Assembly (NCBI GenBank): GCA_002269645.1
Contig: NIVC01000652.1
Span: 186,001-250,000, forward strand
Direction: 5' to 3'
Origin: Macrostomum lignano
Lineage: Eukaryota
Length of the DNA: 64,000 bases
Below the pieces are notes generated by a model. The model was given only the letters and a program-made list of their open reading frames with translations, had not been told where the DNA came from and did no database searches. Numbering within the stretch: position 1 is the first letter of the stretch; each line of letters opens with the position of its first letter. A program made the translations under genes and the position numbers. This document shows positions 1-10,364 of the stretch, piece by piece.

Positions 1-512
1 GTTCAAGTTTCATTTAGGGCATAGAGGCCCGATTTTTCAAAAAGTTATCATTTGACATTTAGTTAGGCTTGAAACTGGAATTTCAAGACAGGTGACGGTC
101 TAACCTGGCAAAGGCAAAGCAATATATTTAGCACAATTAACAAAATTAAGTTGACCTAATTTAGGGTCCAGTCAAGGCTTGATATACTTATACTTAAAAG
201 CTACACCTGTAAGCTAGGCTTTTCTATTTAAGTTGCTCCACCATAACCATTGGCATTGTTTTGCATCGTACTCATAAATCAAACACAAGACAGGACTTTT
301 GTTTGCCCTTGGTAGCCTAGGCCCTATCATTGACATTAGTGACAAGTGAATTTTAGAGCAAAAGGAGAAGAAAGGAAATGCCTTCCTATTTTTGTCACCA
401 ATGCAATACTGAACGTGCTAGCTCTGAAGTATCAAATGACATTGACAATTCGGTAAGACTTGCTTATCCTACTTTATCTTTAGTTTTTAGTTTTAACCTT
501 CATAGTGCTTAA

Positions 513-2077
513 TAGTGTTCCACCATAAGGAGGGTCCATGTACCATAGCTGTAGCCATAAGCAAAACTATGGCTTATTCCAATTCTCTATATTCTGTAGC
601 CATAGGGACCCTAATATTACCATATTCCCATTCCCATAGTTCCTATAGCCATAGCCATAGTTTTAACAAAAAGTCTAGAAAACAATTTATATTTTGAATC
701 AAGAACTTGCTAGGATGGAATCTTTATATGACAAGTTTGGAACAAAAAGTTTTTTACCTATGAATGCACAATTTTTTTGCCACTTGAATTTCTTAGCAAT
801 ATTTTTACAATGTTTAATTAAAGTTTAAATAAATCCTTTAAAAATATTATTCTTTTTAGTTTATTGTAGTTCCCAGTAGCTTTGTTTTTTAATTTGCAAT
901 AACTTTATTTTACTGTAACAAGTGCAATATTCAAAATTTAAATTAAATTATACAAGATTTCTTAGAATATTAAGCTGTGCGCACGTAAGCTTTTTAAAGT
1001 TGTGCAAGTTTGCTAGAAATGTATGCACAAGTGCAAAGTTTTTTTTAGCATGCATGGAATGCATCTAGGATTTTGCACAAAAATTCCATCCTGGACCTGG
1101 TCACGAAGATAACCTAGTGCTTAAACAACTGCAAATTAAGTTAGAAAATAAAAGACACACTTAATTGTCTTTGTAAGATTATATTTCATCTTTTTATTGA
1201 GCAACAATACTTAATCACTACTGAAAGTACTAATTCTGAACTTTTTCACATTAATAAAAATTCAAATTTGCTAGTGTTTTATTGTACTTTATGAGGTATA
1301 TTATATAAGTTTCTAAGTTGATAATACAGTTTACTAAAATATCTTTGTTTTATTCTACCTGTTTCTAATAATATGGAAGTGCTTATCCCCATGGTCCCAT
1401 GCCGATAATTCTAATTTTATCCACACAAATCCGTGTCAATAATTTTTAGCTTATCCCCACGGCTAAGATTGTGCAGTTGCTTGTGTTTAGTTTTGTGTAT
1501 TGACGTTAAATCAATATTGTCATTATTATTAGTAATATTATCATTATTATTATATTTTGAATTTTGAAAATCTCATTCGCCTCGATATTTGGGTCATTTG
1601 GTCATTCTAAGCAAAGCCCGCAGCTAAGCAAAAATTTAAAATTAACCCTTTTAATGATAAAAAGTTTTAACAAAATATTCTATATTATTCAGTATTCAGT
1701 ACATATAGTTTATTTGGAAGATTTGTAAAACAAAAATAAAGTTTTTAAACAGATTCATTTTAATGTTCTTTATTCCAATAAGCTGCCGTGAGGATAAGCT
1801 GGAAATTATTGACATGGATCCGTGTGGATAAAATTGGAATTATCGGCACAGGACAGTGGGGATAAGCACTTCCTTCTAATATTTTTTTTATTTTTTTTAA
1901 ATTAATAACTATGGCTATGGGAATCTATGGAATATGATAGTAACTACCATATTTCTATAGTCGTAACCATAAGAGCAGCTAGCTATCATAGGCCTATTAG
2001 TAGCTGCTATAGGCACCTATTTTGCCATATTTGTTGTAGGATCCTATAGCCATAGCTTTGGCTATGGTGGAACACTA
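513..2077. mobile_element. Non-autonomous hAT-type DNA transposon
   Basis: Perfect 15-bp TIRs TAGTGTTCCACCATA (513-527) and TATGGTGGAACACTA (2063-2077). 8-bp TSD GTGCTTAA at 505-512 and 2078-2085. Clustered subterminal CCATAG/CTATGG motifs at both ends. No transposase ORF. Confidence 0.85.
1375..1873. mobile_element. MITE with about 90-bp imperfect TIRs nested in the hAT element
   Basis: GGAAGTGCTTATCCCC...CCCCACGGC (1375-1463) is the imperfect reverse complement of GCCGTGAGGATAAGC...GATAAGCACTTCC (1785-1873). Flanks resemble a TTCTAATAT duplication with a 3-bp slip on the left. Confidence 0.7.
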
Positions 2078-2328
2078 GTGCTTAATGCCATATATAGCCT
2101 AGGGCAGGCTTATTAAGCCTATATTGTAATTTTTAGGCCTTATTATATTATGCTTTATTTAAGTTCATTTTATAGCTATACTATTAAATAAAATAAACTT
2201 GACTAAATAGATAAGGGCCTATATCAACCTATAGGCATAGACAGGCAATCTTCTAATTTCCTACTTAGTTAAACACTTATTTATTAGCCTATATAATAAG
2301 CAAAATATTGATATATTTATATTAAAAA

Positions 2329-3108
2329 TGTGACAGGTGTTATTCCCCTGTCTTTGTGAACAATCCCACTGCTGACACTAACTGTGATAGGCCTTCTGGC
2401 TCTGTCTTTCTAAATTTCTAACTATTGATGCTAGTGTTTATTAAATATCCTACAAGCTGCCACCAAGTTGTTACAGGTTTTCAATTTTCTCTGCTGATAC
2501 TAAATTCTGCCTTTGGTATCTCTAACTGTTTCTTAGAATTTCATTTAAATATTCTGGTAGCGTCTTATGTATTAATCTGGTAGCGTTCTTAGTATATTAG
2601 CCTGGTAGCGTTCTTAGTATATTAGTCTGGTAGCGTTCTTAGTATATTAGCCTGGTAGCGTTCTTAGTATATTAGTCTGGTAGCGTTCTTAGTATATTAG
2701 TCTGGTAGCGTTCTTAGTATATTAGTCTGGTAGCGTTCTTAGTATATGGCCTGAGCGGTCTTACTGGTATATGTGCTTTCTCTCTCCAGTCTGGGCGTTA
2801 CCGAGATTAGAGGGTCACAGCGATCACTCTTAGTACTTTCTTTGCATGAATCCCTGATTCCCAACTCTCAATACCTCTTAAAAATAAGCAATGATCTGAG
2901 AATAAGTATTGAACAACGTTTTGAGCTTATAGCTATCGAACGAGTGTTCATTTTCCTACCTCCAACTTCGCTCCTATTTATACTATCTCAACTGCGTATA
3001 TTTATAACAAACGTAGAATATTAAGAATATTTTGCAAGTTAAAACAAAACATAGTTTTCGCGTGATTTTAGAAATAAGGTTTCCTAGAAAACAGTAACCG
3101 CTTCTACA
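2329..3108 (-). repeat. 3' LTR (780 bp)
   Basis: Direct repeat of 10365-11069. By eye it differs by one substitution (2553 region) and three extra 25-bp units. Confidence 0.95.
2553..2746. repeat. 25-bp tandem array in 3' LTR (7 full + 1 degenerate unit)
   Basis: Unit CTGGTAGCGTTCTTAGTATATTAG(T/C). Confidence 0.9.
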
Positions 3109-3109
3109 A

Positions 3110-3121
3110 CTTTCCTCCTCT
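3110..3121 (-). promoter_or_regulatory. Polypurine tract (PPT)
   Basis: Minus strand AGAGGAGGAAAG lies 1 nt before the TG of the 3' LTR. Confidence 0.85.
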
Positions 3122-3494
3122 TATCATGAATTTTGAATGAAAGCAATGCTACAGTGAAAAATTTATGAGTACATTTAACATAAAAATTGGAAGCTGAAAA
3201 TAAAACATATTTAGTACAAATGCTATTAAAGAAAACATAAAACATAGTACAACTGCTAAATCAGATAGTCAATATAGGTGCTTTGGGTGCTAAAGAACGA
3301 AATGCAGTGCATAGGTGAGCAACACACAATAGAAATAGACTGTTAATTGTCCACAAAAGTAGGCATATCAAAGAAAAATAGGCATAGTAAGGTTTTAAAG
3401 ACAATAGACATAGTAAAATTTAAAGAAAATAAGCATAGTAAAGTTTAAAGAAACTAGGCATAGCAGAAATATTAAATGTCAAAGTGTCAAAAGT

Positions 3495-4334
3495 TCAAAA
3501 GTCGCAATACCGGGGCAGGTCTCGATAGAATGGCCATCCGAGCTGCGAGAAGCACCATCGCAGCTCGATATTGACCAGCTGCCGCTGCGCCGGCCGGGCA
3601 TCCGCTTGCAATGTGCGCTGGAGACGTTCGGCGATCTCCTGCAGCACAGCCACAGCCTCGCGATGGTTAAAGTGCTCACGCAGAGTGCGCAGGTGAGGCC
3701 AAATCTGCGACCGCTGCGGCAGAGCCTCGTCTAGACGCAGAAAGGCGATCCTCAGAAGGTACTGTTGGAGGCTGTGCCGCGGGCGTTCGACCTCGGCGCC
3801 TCTGGTCTCGATGAGCTGGCGAACAATGGCGCGATGATCCTGCGAGTCTTCCTGCGGCGGCGGGCGCGCTGGTGGCGTACCTGGGCGAGATTGGCGAGCA
3901 TTCGATTGTCTGCGCCCACGAGACGGCGCTTCAACTGGGACGGCAAGCTGTATCGATCGGCCGCCAGCGCTATCCGCTTTCATGACACAAGAACGGATTG
4001 GCGCGGCCGCTTGTCGTTCTAGCAGGGCAGCCCGCTTCCTCTCTGGTTCGTTGGACTGACTCGAGGCGGCAGCAGATGATGAAGCGCTCGATCGCTTGGT
4101 GGCGGAATCCCCGCCTGGGGGCCTTGGGCGCGTTGGCTGCCTGAGGGGAGCCTCGTTCTCCTGCTGCTCTCGGGCTCGTCGCTCTCGGTCACGCTCTCGC
4201 TGCTCGCGCTCTCGCTCTTCACGCTCTCGCTCTTCGCGCTCTCGCTCTTCGCGCTCTCGCTCTTGTTCTTCGCTTGGATTGCCATCTTCCAAAAGGTCTT
4301 GCAGGAATTTGTCAATATCGTCGTTGTTGTCCAT
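3495..4334 (-). CDS. Retrotransposon accessory ORF3, 279 aa from first ATG, unknown function (not env)
   Basis: Open GC-rich ORF between integrase and the 3' LTR. ATG at 4334 (the track start at 4352 is GTG). Acidic N-terminus, (ER)n coiled coil, predicted helical C-terminal domain. No signal peptide or TM segment. Confidence 0.7.
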   Translation of the reverse strand: MDNNDDIDKFLQDLLEDGNPSEEQEREREEREREEREREEREREQRERDRERRAREQQENEAPLRQPTRPRPPGGDSATKRSSASSSAAASSQSNEPERKRAALLERQAAAPIRSCVMKADSAGGRSIQLAVPVEAPSRGRRQSNARQSRPGTPPARPPPQEDSQDHRAIVRQLIETRGAEVERPRHSLQQYLLRIAFLRLDEALPQRSQIWPHLRTLREHFNHREAVAVLQEIAERLQRTLQADARPAQRQLVNIELRWCFSQLGWPFYRDLPRYCDF

Positions 4335-4431
4335 CTTCGAATTACTCTGCACAGCTCTTAGTATTTAATCTTCGAATCGCTCTTCGGATGTGTGAAATAT
4401 GGGGGCCTGCTAGCGGTCAGGGGGTTTTGCA

Positions 4432-4437
4432 TTTATA
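4432..4437 (-). promoter_or_regulatory. Candidate TATA box for ORF3
   Basis: TATAAA on the minus strand about 100 nt upstream of the ORF3 ATG, within a short GC-rich block. Confidence 0.3.
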
Positions 4438-4743
4438 GGCTGGCGGCCGAAAAGCTGGACCGCATCATTGTGTTCCACGCGGGCCTCGAGTGGGGGGTGC
4501 TTGGGTTGGCAGATTTGACACTCAGATTTTTATGGATTTTCTTTAGATTTTTATAACTTTTTTTTTCGAGATTTTTTCTTGAGTAATATGTCATATGAAA
4601 GCTTACATTTAGCAGAATACTATGGTGTTTTCAGATTTGTTCTATGTACAACATGTCAATTTTTATAGGCAAATAACTATTATTAATATGAAATTTTAAC
4701 TAATTTACACTGGTTTCAATGGCAATTCGCTGACGTCATCACC

Positions 4744-6237
4744 CTATTGTTCCAAATATCGCGCGTAGCGCCTTCGGGGCACGAATCCGTTCACACCTTC
4801 TCCTTGCTGAGTCACTCTATTGCCTCGTGGTCTCAGATTATACCTTTCTACTGGCTGAGCTTCCTCCTCTAACTCTATTGCTCCTTCCTCTTCTGATGGC
4901 TCATCTGAGTCAGTCGCTCTCTCTGTGTTTTCACTGTTCAGTTCTTCATTTCCTTCGTTTTCACTCTGCGAATTAGGATCTGCGAACACTCTCCATTGAA
5001 TTCTGTCTTCTTCGTCTGAGCTTTCCTCCTCTAAAATTTGAACCTCTGGATTTTTATTAACTTCTTTTTGTCTATGGCAAATTCTTTTCTTTGGCTTTGG
5101 CTGTTCCTTCTTCTTAGTTTGTACTATTGCTGGTTCTAAATAATTATTAATTTCCTCTGGTAAATCAATTTCGGATTTCGGCACTGGAGTCAGATTATTT
5201 CTATGTACTAATAGTTTTTCTCCGCTCCTTTCGCCATTGATTTCTCTTTGCACACGGAACACTGTGTCTGATATCTTCGCAAGAACTCGATAGGCTGCTC
5301 TCTTCTTTCGATGAAACTTGTGGCTCTCCTCTTGGTGAAGTTGAGGGTTATTGATGAGAGCGAGACAGCCAACTGGCACATTTTTAGGCTGACGATTCTC
5401 AACTTCGTCCTCTTGCCTTTTCTCTCGCACCTTTTCGAGTTGTCTTCGCACAATTGCTTTTGTCTCCTCGATTCTCTTCGCATGATCCAGCACATAGCTA
5501 GGATAGTCTCGGTATAATCTTGGCCTTTTCACAATGCTATCTATTGGCAAATCTGCTTCTCTCCCGAATAGTAAGTAGTGTGGTGTGAACCCAGTAGTTT
5601 GATTAACACTGGTTCGCACAGCTACCAAAGCGGCGGGTATGAGCAGATCCCAATCTGAATGATCCTTTTCAATCAAACAGGTTACAATCGATTTAATTTG
5701 CTTGTTAAATCTTTCGACAAGCCCGTTACTCTGAGCATGGTAAGGCGTAGTGCAAGTATGCTTAATGCCATATAGGGTACAGAATGCCTGAAATTGGTGA
5801 CTTACAAAAGTCTTGCCATTATCAGTGTGTATCCATTGGCACTGGCCATACTCGCTGAAAATTCTCTCTTGTATCGTTTTGATAACAGTAGCGGATTTCT
5901 GGTTCCGAACCGGAAAAGCGAATGGGAACTTCGTTGTACTATCTACAACAGTAAGTACATATCGGTGTCCTCTTCTGCTTTCCTTTGATATTGGACCGAT
6001 CAAATCTATGTGCAGCCGATGGAATGGCTCACATATCGGAAAGGTCTGCACCGGTGCTCGTACTTTATTTCCGCTTTTACTTTCCAGACACGGGATGCAT
6101 TCTGCGATGTACTTTTCAACTGCAGTCACTAACCCTGGCCTCCAGAATCGGTCTCGGACTCGCTGTAGCGTCTTGTCCCGACCTAGGTGGCCTGCTAGCG
6201 GACTATCGTGCAGCTCTTTGAAACACATCTTTCTCAA
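4744..6237 (-). CDS. pol: Integrase region of pol (frameshifted relative to PR-RT-RH)
   Basis: HHCC zinc finger (HDSPLAGH...CIPC), DDE core (HIDLIGP, HTDNG, SNGLVERFN), acidic C-terminal tail ending RYNLRPR. There is no true ATG start; it continues pol after one extra base at about 6238-6245. Confidence 0.92.
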   Translation of the reverse strand: MRKMCFKELHDSPLAGHLGRDKTLQRVRDRFWRPGLVTAVEKYIAECIPCLESKSGNKVRAPVQTFPICEPFHRLHIDLIGPISKESRRGHRYVLTVVDSTTKFPFAFPVRNQKSATVIKTIQERIFSEYGQCQWIHTDNGKTFVSHQFQAFCTLYGIKHTCTTPYHAQSNGLVERFNKQIKSIVTCLIEKDHSDWDLLIPAALVAVRTSVNQTTGFTPHYLLFGREADLPIDSIVKRPRLYRDYPSYVLDHAKRIEETKAIVRRQLEKVREKRQEDEVENRQPKNVPVGCLALINNPQLHQEESHKFHRKKRAAYRVLAKISDTVFRVQREINGERSGEKLLVHRNNLTPVPKSEIDLPEEINNYLEPAIVQTKKKEQPKPKKRICHRQKEVNKNPEVQILEEESSDEEDRIQWRVFADPNSQSENEGNEELNSENTERATDSDEPSEEEGAIELEEEAQPVERYNLRPRGNRVTQQGEGVNGFVPRRRYARYLEQ

Positions 6238-9200
6238 TCTTCTCTGGCAATACTACTTTTCGTTTACCGTTTTCACTGACTGTCAGCATTTCATCTTCGA
6301 TTTTCATCTGCTCGTAGAACTTAACCATCTTCTTCAACTCTCCGGATGCATTTTCTGGTAACTTCGGCTCACGTACTTTCTTCTGCTTCCAGTCCATCAA
6401 GGTCCTTATAGAAGGATCAGCATGCTGCGCTGAAGTCAGCTGCTCTTTCTTCAATGGAACCGAGAGGTAATCTGTCAGAAGCTTTCTGCACACTGTCTCT
6501 TCCTCTTCGAAATAGTCTCTTGCATCTTCATAGATGTCATCATCATCTTCGAACTGATCACTGGCATCTTCGTATTCATCATCTGCGAATTCGTCTTCGG
6601 AATCTGATTCATACTCTTCTGTGAAGTCGGTCTGGCAACTCTGATCTTTCACGCTGCTAGTCACGACTTGTTTCACAGCGCTGGTTTCTATTGTCATCTT
6701 AGGAATTTCAGCCTCATTCTCTTTGATCTTAGCATCTTTCTGTTCAACTGGTGGTTCCGAGGGTCGCCGTGACAATCCATCTGCGTTGGAATGTTTGGCT
6801 CCACTGCGGTGCTCAATATCGTATTGAAACTCACTCAGTCTTTCAATCCACCTTCCAAGAATTCCTTGGGCTTCGGTCTGGCGCAATAACCATAGAATTG
6901 CCTTGTGGTCTGTGCGGGCCAGAAACCTTTTGCCGATCAGGTAAAATCGAAAGTGTTTCATGCCATCTACTAGCGCTAATAGCTCTTTTCTGGTAATCGG
7001 ATATCTTTTCTCAGACTCTTTCATTGCTCTGCTGAAGTAAGCAATGGGTCTCTCAACCCCGTCCGACTGTATTTGACCCAGGCAAGCACCAATTCGGTCT
7101 TCGCTTGCGTCGGTATCTAACACCATTCGAACATTTTCGTTCTCTGAGAACTCTGGGTACGCAAGTACTTCGGTCGATGTCATTCTCTGCTTCAACTGCT
7201 GGAAAGCCTCATCATGCTTCTTAGTCCACTTTTCCCTAAAGTTTTGAATACCTTTCTTAGTTAATTGAAATAGCGGATGCGCTGCCTCTGCGTAATTCTT
7301 TACAAATCTGCAGTAGTAGTTACACAACCCCAAGAAGCTTCGCAGTTCTTTGACCTCTTTCGGCGTAGGCCATGACTGTATCGCTTCGATCTTAGCTGGG
7401 TCTGTTCTAATCCCTTCTCTTCCTACGATATGCCCTAAGTACTTTAGCTCTTTCTGAAACAAGTTGCACTTTTTTGGTCTTAACTTTAGCCCTGCTGAGA
7501 TTAGTCTTTGAAATACTTCTTGCAGATGACCGAGATGATCTTCGAATTTCTCTGAGTATGTCACAATATCATCTATGTACGACATTGCGAATTTGTGCTG
7601 TATTCCCATCAGCACCAAATTCATGAGTCTCTGGAATGTACCAGGAGCGTTAGACAAGCCCTGTGCCATGACCTGATATTCGAACTGGCCTCTGGTAAGG
7701 GTGGAAAAGGCTGTCATAAATTTGTGCTCCTCTTTGATAGGTACCTGCCAGTATCCAGAGTTTAAATCTAGACTACTGAAGTACTTGCTTCCAGATAACT
7801 GAGCGAAAGTCTCTTGTATGTTCGGCAATGGATATGGGTAATAGTTCACTCTCGAGTTCAGGACCCTGAAGTCACTGACGATTCTTATGGATCCATCCTT
7901 CTTAGGAACTATCACTAGCGGCGTCGAATAAGTACTATAGCACGGTCGGATCAAGTTCTTAGCAAGCATGTCGTCAAGTTGCTCATCTACTTGCTTTTGC
8001 AGATGTGGTGGAATTCTGCGTGTTGGAATCCTGACCGGTGTAGTATCTTTTAGAGATATTTCATGCGTCACAAGATGGGTGAGACCCATGTCTTGGTTGG
8101 TCTGCGAAAATGCTTCTTTGTTCTTTTTTAGCAAATCGATCACTAGTCCTTTCTGTTCTGATGTTAGCTCTTCTCCTAAGTCTATCTCGCTTATCCAGCT
8201 GTACTCACTCTCTTCACTCTTCACTGTCCTAATTGCATCATCTGAACTGGCTTGACCTTTGCTGTTAATAGAGTAGGCCAGGCCTCCTGGCTTCAAGGGT
8301 TTGGCCACTCCAATCAGCGTAGATCTTGTCAGTCTGATATCGTCATTCTGTCGATTGATTATTTCCACTACTCCTGTTCCATCGTTCATGGTCACTAGAG
8401 TAGGAATCATCTCTAAGGAATTCCTCTTCGTAGTCACTTGGCCTCCAATGGTGTCAACGACCATTGGCGTTCCATAGTTGGCTTCTGATCCTTTAGTCAT
8501 TCTAACTGGAATTCGAAGAGCGCTATTCGCTGGTATAGTCACGCTGTTATGGCTGTAGATTCGGCAGACCCGTACGGGTAATTTTGTAAACTGAATCGGG
8601 ATGCAGGTCCCTTCTTTTAATACAAGCATTCCTCTGGAAAGGCTGATGCTGTCGCAGAAGTTCATGAAGAACTCCATCCCGAGTATGTCGTCACACTCGT
8701 GATTGCACAGCAGGAACTCTGTCTCAATCTCTATCTCTCCGAATCGTATTTTCGTTCTGACTTCTCCTTCAATTCGCACACTTGATCCGTCAAACGTAGT
8801 CACTCTTCGAGTAGTCAACTCAATTTCATCACTTCTGAACATCTTTTTCCACGTACTCTTGCTTAGGAAATTATGTCCAGCTCCTGTGTCTAACAGGAAG
8901 TAGACCTTTCGGTTTCTTAGCATTCCATTGACGACTGCTTCTCGTCCTTTTCTCTCCGTATCTTCTTCGAATTCTCTCTTCGAATGCTCATTCGGAATTA
9001 CTGTACTTTGTACTTTATTATTCGGCCTACTGTAGCTGGCAGACGCATGACTAGGTGCAAGCGGCGTATGTACACGAGGTGCAAAATTTTTATTTGGTTT
9101 TCTGTGAAATTTATTGAATTCGGCATGCGTTCTGCTGTTACTATACTGTCTGGCATTACTTCGATACGCATTATTTACAAATTCAGAGGCCTGAAATTCG

Positions 9201-9259
9201 CGATAACTGTTGCTAGAGGGACGTGGCCTCGCAAAGCGGCCCTCGCTACTCAGTTTCCC
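6203..9259 (-). CDS. pol: Pol: protease, reverse transcriptase, RNase H (expressed as Gag-Pol by -1 frameshift)
   Basis: LLDTGA protease motif, RT SYIDDIV, RNase H LDTDAS and ARTDHKA. I translated the frame upstream of the track start (8923) and it stays open through the gag stop to the slippery site. Confidence 0.93.
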   Translation of the reverse strand, partial: GKLSSEGRFARPRPSSNSYREFQASEFVNNAYRSNARQYSNSRTHAEFNKFHRKPNKNFAPRVHTPLAPSHASASYSRPNNKVQSTVIPNEHSKREFEEDTERKGREAVVNGMLRNRKVYFLLDTGAGHNFLSKSTWKKMFRSDEIELTTRRVTTFDGSSVRIEGEVRTKIRFGEIEIETEFLLCNHECDDILGMEFFMNFCDSISLSRGMLVLKEGTCIPIQFTKLPVRVCRIYSHNSVTIPANSALRIPVRMTKGSEANYGTPMVVDTIGGQVTTKRNSLEMIPTLVTMNDGTGVVEIINRQNDDIRLTRSTLIGVAKPLKPGGLAYSINSKGQASSDDAIRTVKSEESEYSWISEIDLGEELTSEQKGLVIDLLKKNKEAFSQTNQDMGLTHLVTHEISLKDTTPVRIPTRRIPPHLQKQVDEQLDDMLAKNLIRPCYSTYSTPLVIVPKKDGSIRIVSDFRVLNSRVNYYPYPLPNIQETFAQLSGSKYFSSLDLNSGYWQVPIKEEHKFMTAFSTLTRGQFEYQVMAQGLSNAPGTFQRLMNLVLMGIQHKFAMSYIDDIVTYSEKFEDHLGHLQEVFQRLISAGLKLRPKKCNLFQKELKYLGHIVGREGIRTDPAKIEAIQSWPTPKEVKELRSFLGLCNYYCRFVKNYAEAAHPLFQLTKKGIQNFREKWTKKHDEAFQQLKQRMTSTEVLAYPEFSENENVRMVLDTDASEDRIGACLGQIQSDGVERPIAYFSRAMKESEKRYPITRKELLALVDGMKHFRFYLIGKRFLARTDHKAILWLLRQTEAQGILGRWIERLSEFQYDIEHRSGAKHSNADGLSRRPSEPPVEQKDAKIKENEAEIPKMTIETSAVKQVVTSSVKDQSCQTDFTEEYESDSEDEFADDEYEDASDQFEDDDDIYEDARDYFEEEETVCRKLLTDYLSVPLKKEQLTSAQHADPSIRTLMDWKQKKVREPKLPENASGELKKMVKFYEQMKIEDEMLTVSENGKRKVVLPEKIEKDVFQRAAR

Positions 9260-9412
9260 TGCTGCTTCTGGTAGTTCATCACTCGCTGACCGTTTGGCCT
9301 AGCGCTCTGGCAATTCCTCGCCATGTGGCCAAGCTTCCCGCAATTGTAGCAGGCTCGAGGCTGCTGTTGTTGCTGTGGCTGCCTGTTGAATTGAGGCTGA
9401 CCGCGCCACACT

Positions 9413-9445
<33 letters not shown>

Positions 9446-10263
9446 GGCCGATATCTCGGCTGCTGCGGCGGTCCGGCGATCTGAGCATAGGTTTGATATT
9501 GGTTCTGCGGATGGTACTGCTGACGGCTGGCTCTTTTCTCTTCCATCAACTCGTCAATCGCCTTCTTCTGTTGCTCTAGCTCTGCTCTCTGCTTCTTGAT
9601 TATGTCCTCAAGCTTCTCCTGCTCTGCCTTCTGCTCACTCTCACCTTCGCCTTTGGCCATTCTCATGTTGACATTCTTGTGAGACATGTTCCACGCAGCC
9701 TCCATCCTTCTTAGCATTCTTCTAGCCTCTTGCAAATTGCCTGGCTGCGCAAAGATTAGCTTCTCACGGGTCTCTGACGGAATTCTGATTCCCTTGATGA
9801 ATTGCTCAACAATTTCTTCTTCCCTTTGCTCAACCGTCATATTTGGAAATGCACGCGATGCCAGCTCGATCAAACAGTCTGCGAAAGTCTCTACAGGCTC
9901 ATTTCTGCCTTGCATTCTTCCACGAAACTCCTCTCTGAATTCTGCGGAACTACCGATTCTTCCGAATCGCTCAATCAGTCGCTCTTTGAACTCTTCGTAT
10001 TCGAGATCCTCGGGCAGATTTAGGCGCTGTACCGCTGCGAATGCAGTGGACAGGTCCAGATTAGCTAGCAATTCCTGCTTCCTATGTTCCTCATCTATCC
10101 CTTCTACTTCACAGCGCTGATCGAAGGCTGTTAGCCAGATCCGAATGTCTTGCGTAGGTGTGAATTTCTGAATCTTAACGTGTCTCATCGGCCCTATCTC
10201 TAGTCGGTTTCGCAATTCTTCTGCCAGCATGGCGATGGCGTCATTAGCCTGATTCTGATTCAT
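9250..10263 (-). CDS. gag: Gag (337 aa)
   Basis: ATG at 10263. C-terminal CCHC knuckle CYNCGKLGHMARNC preceded by a Q-rich tract. Lies directly downstream of the PBS. Confidence 0.92.
9253..9259 (-). promoter_or_regulatory. -1 ribosomal frameshift slippery heptamer G GGA AAC
   Basis: Gag reads CAG GGA AAC TGA; the -1 frame GGG AAA CTG is the pol frame. A GC-rich GAGGG...CCCTC stem follows. Confidence 0.8.
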
Positions 10264-10351
10264 CTTCTCTCTACGAAAAACTTTTCAAATTATTCTTCGG
10301 AATTCTTCTAAATCTAGTTTTAAGAGTTCGCGCCGTTTCTCTAATCCTTAT

Positions 10352-10362
10352 CGCTGCCACCA
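10352..10362 (-). promoter_or_regulatory. Primer binding site, tRNA-Leu(AAG/UAG)-type
   Basis: Minus strand TGGTGGCAGCG, 2 nt after the 5' LTR. Complementary to the ...CGCTGCCA-CCA end of metazoan tRNA-Leu(AAG/UAG) as recalled, not searched. Confidence 0.85.
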
Positions 10363-10364
10363 GC

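Noticed and set aside
710-1094. Possible small MITE (AGGATGGAAT / ATTCCATCCT)
   Set aside because: Only about 10 bp of inverted match and no target-site duplication.
3495-4352. ORF3 as an envelope gene
   Set aside because: No signal peptide, furin site or TM segment.
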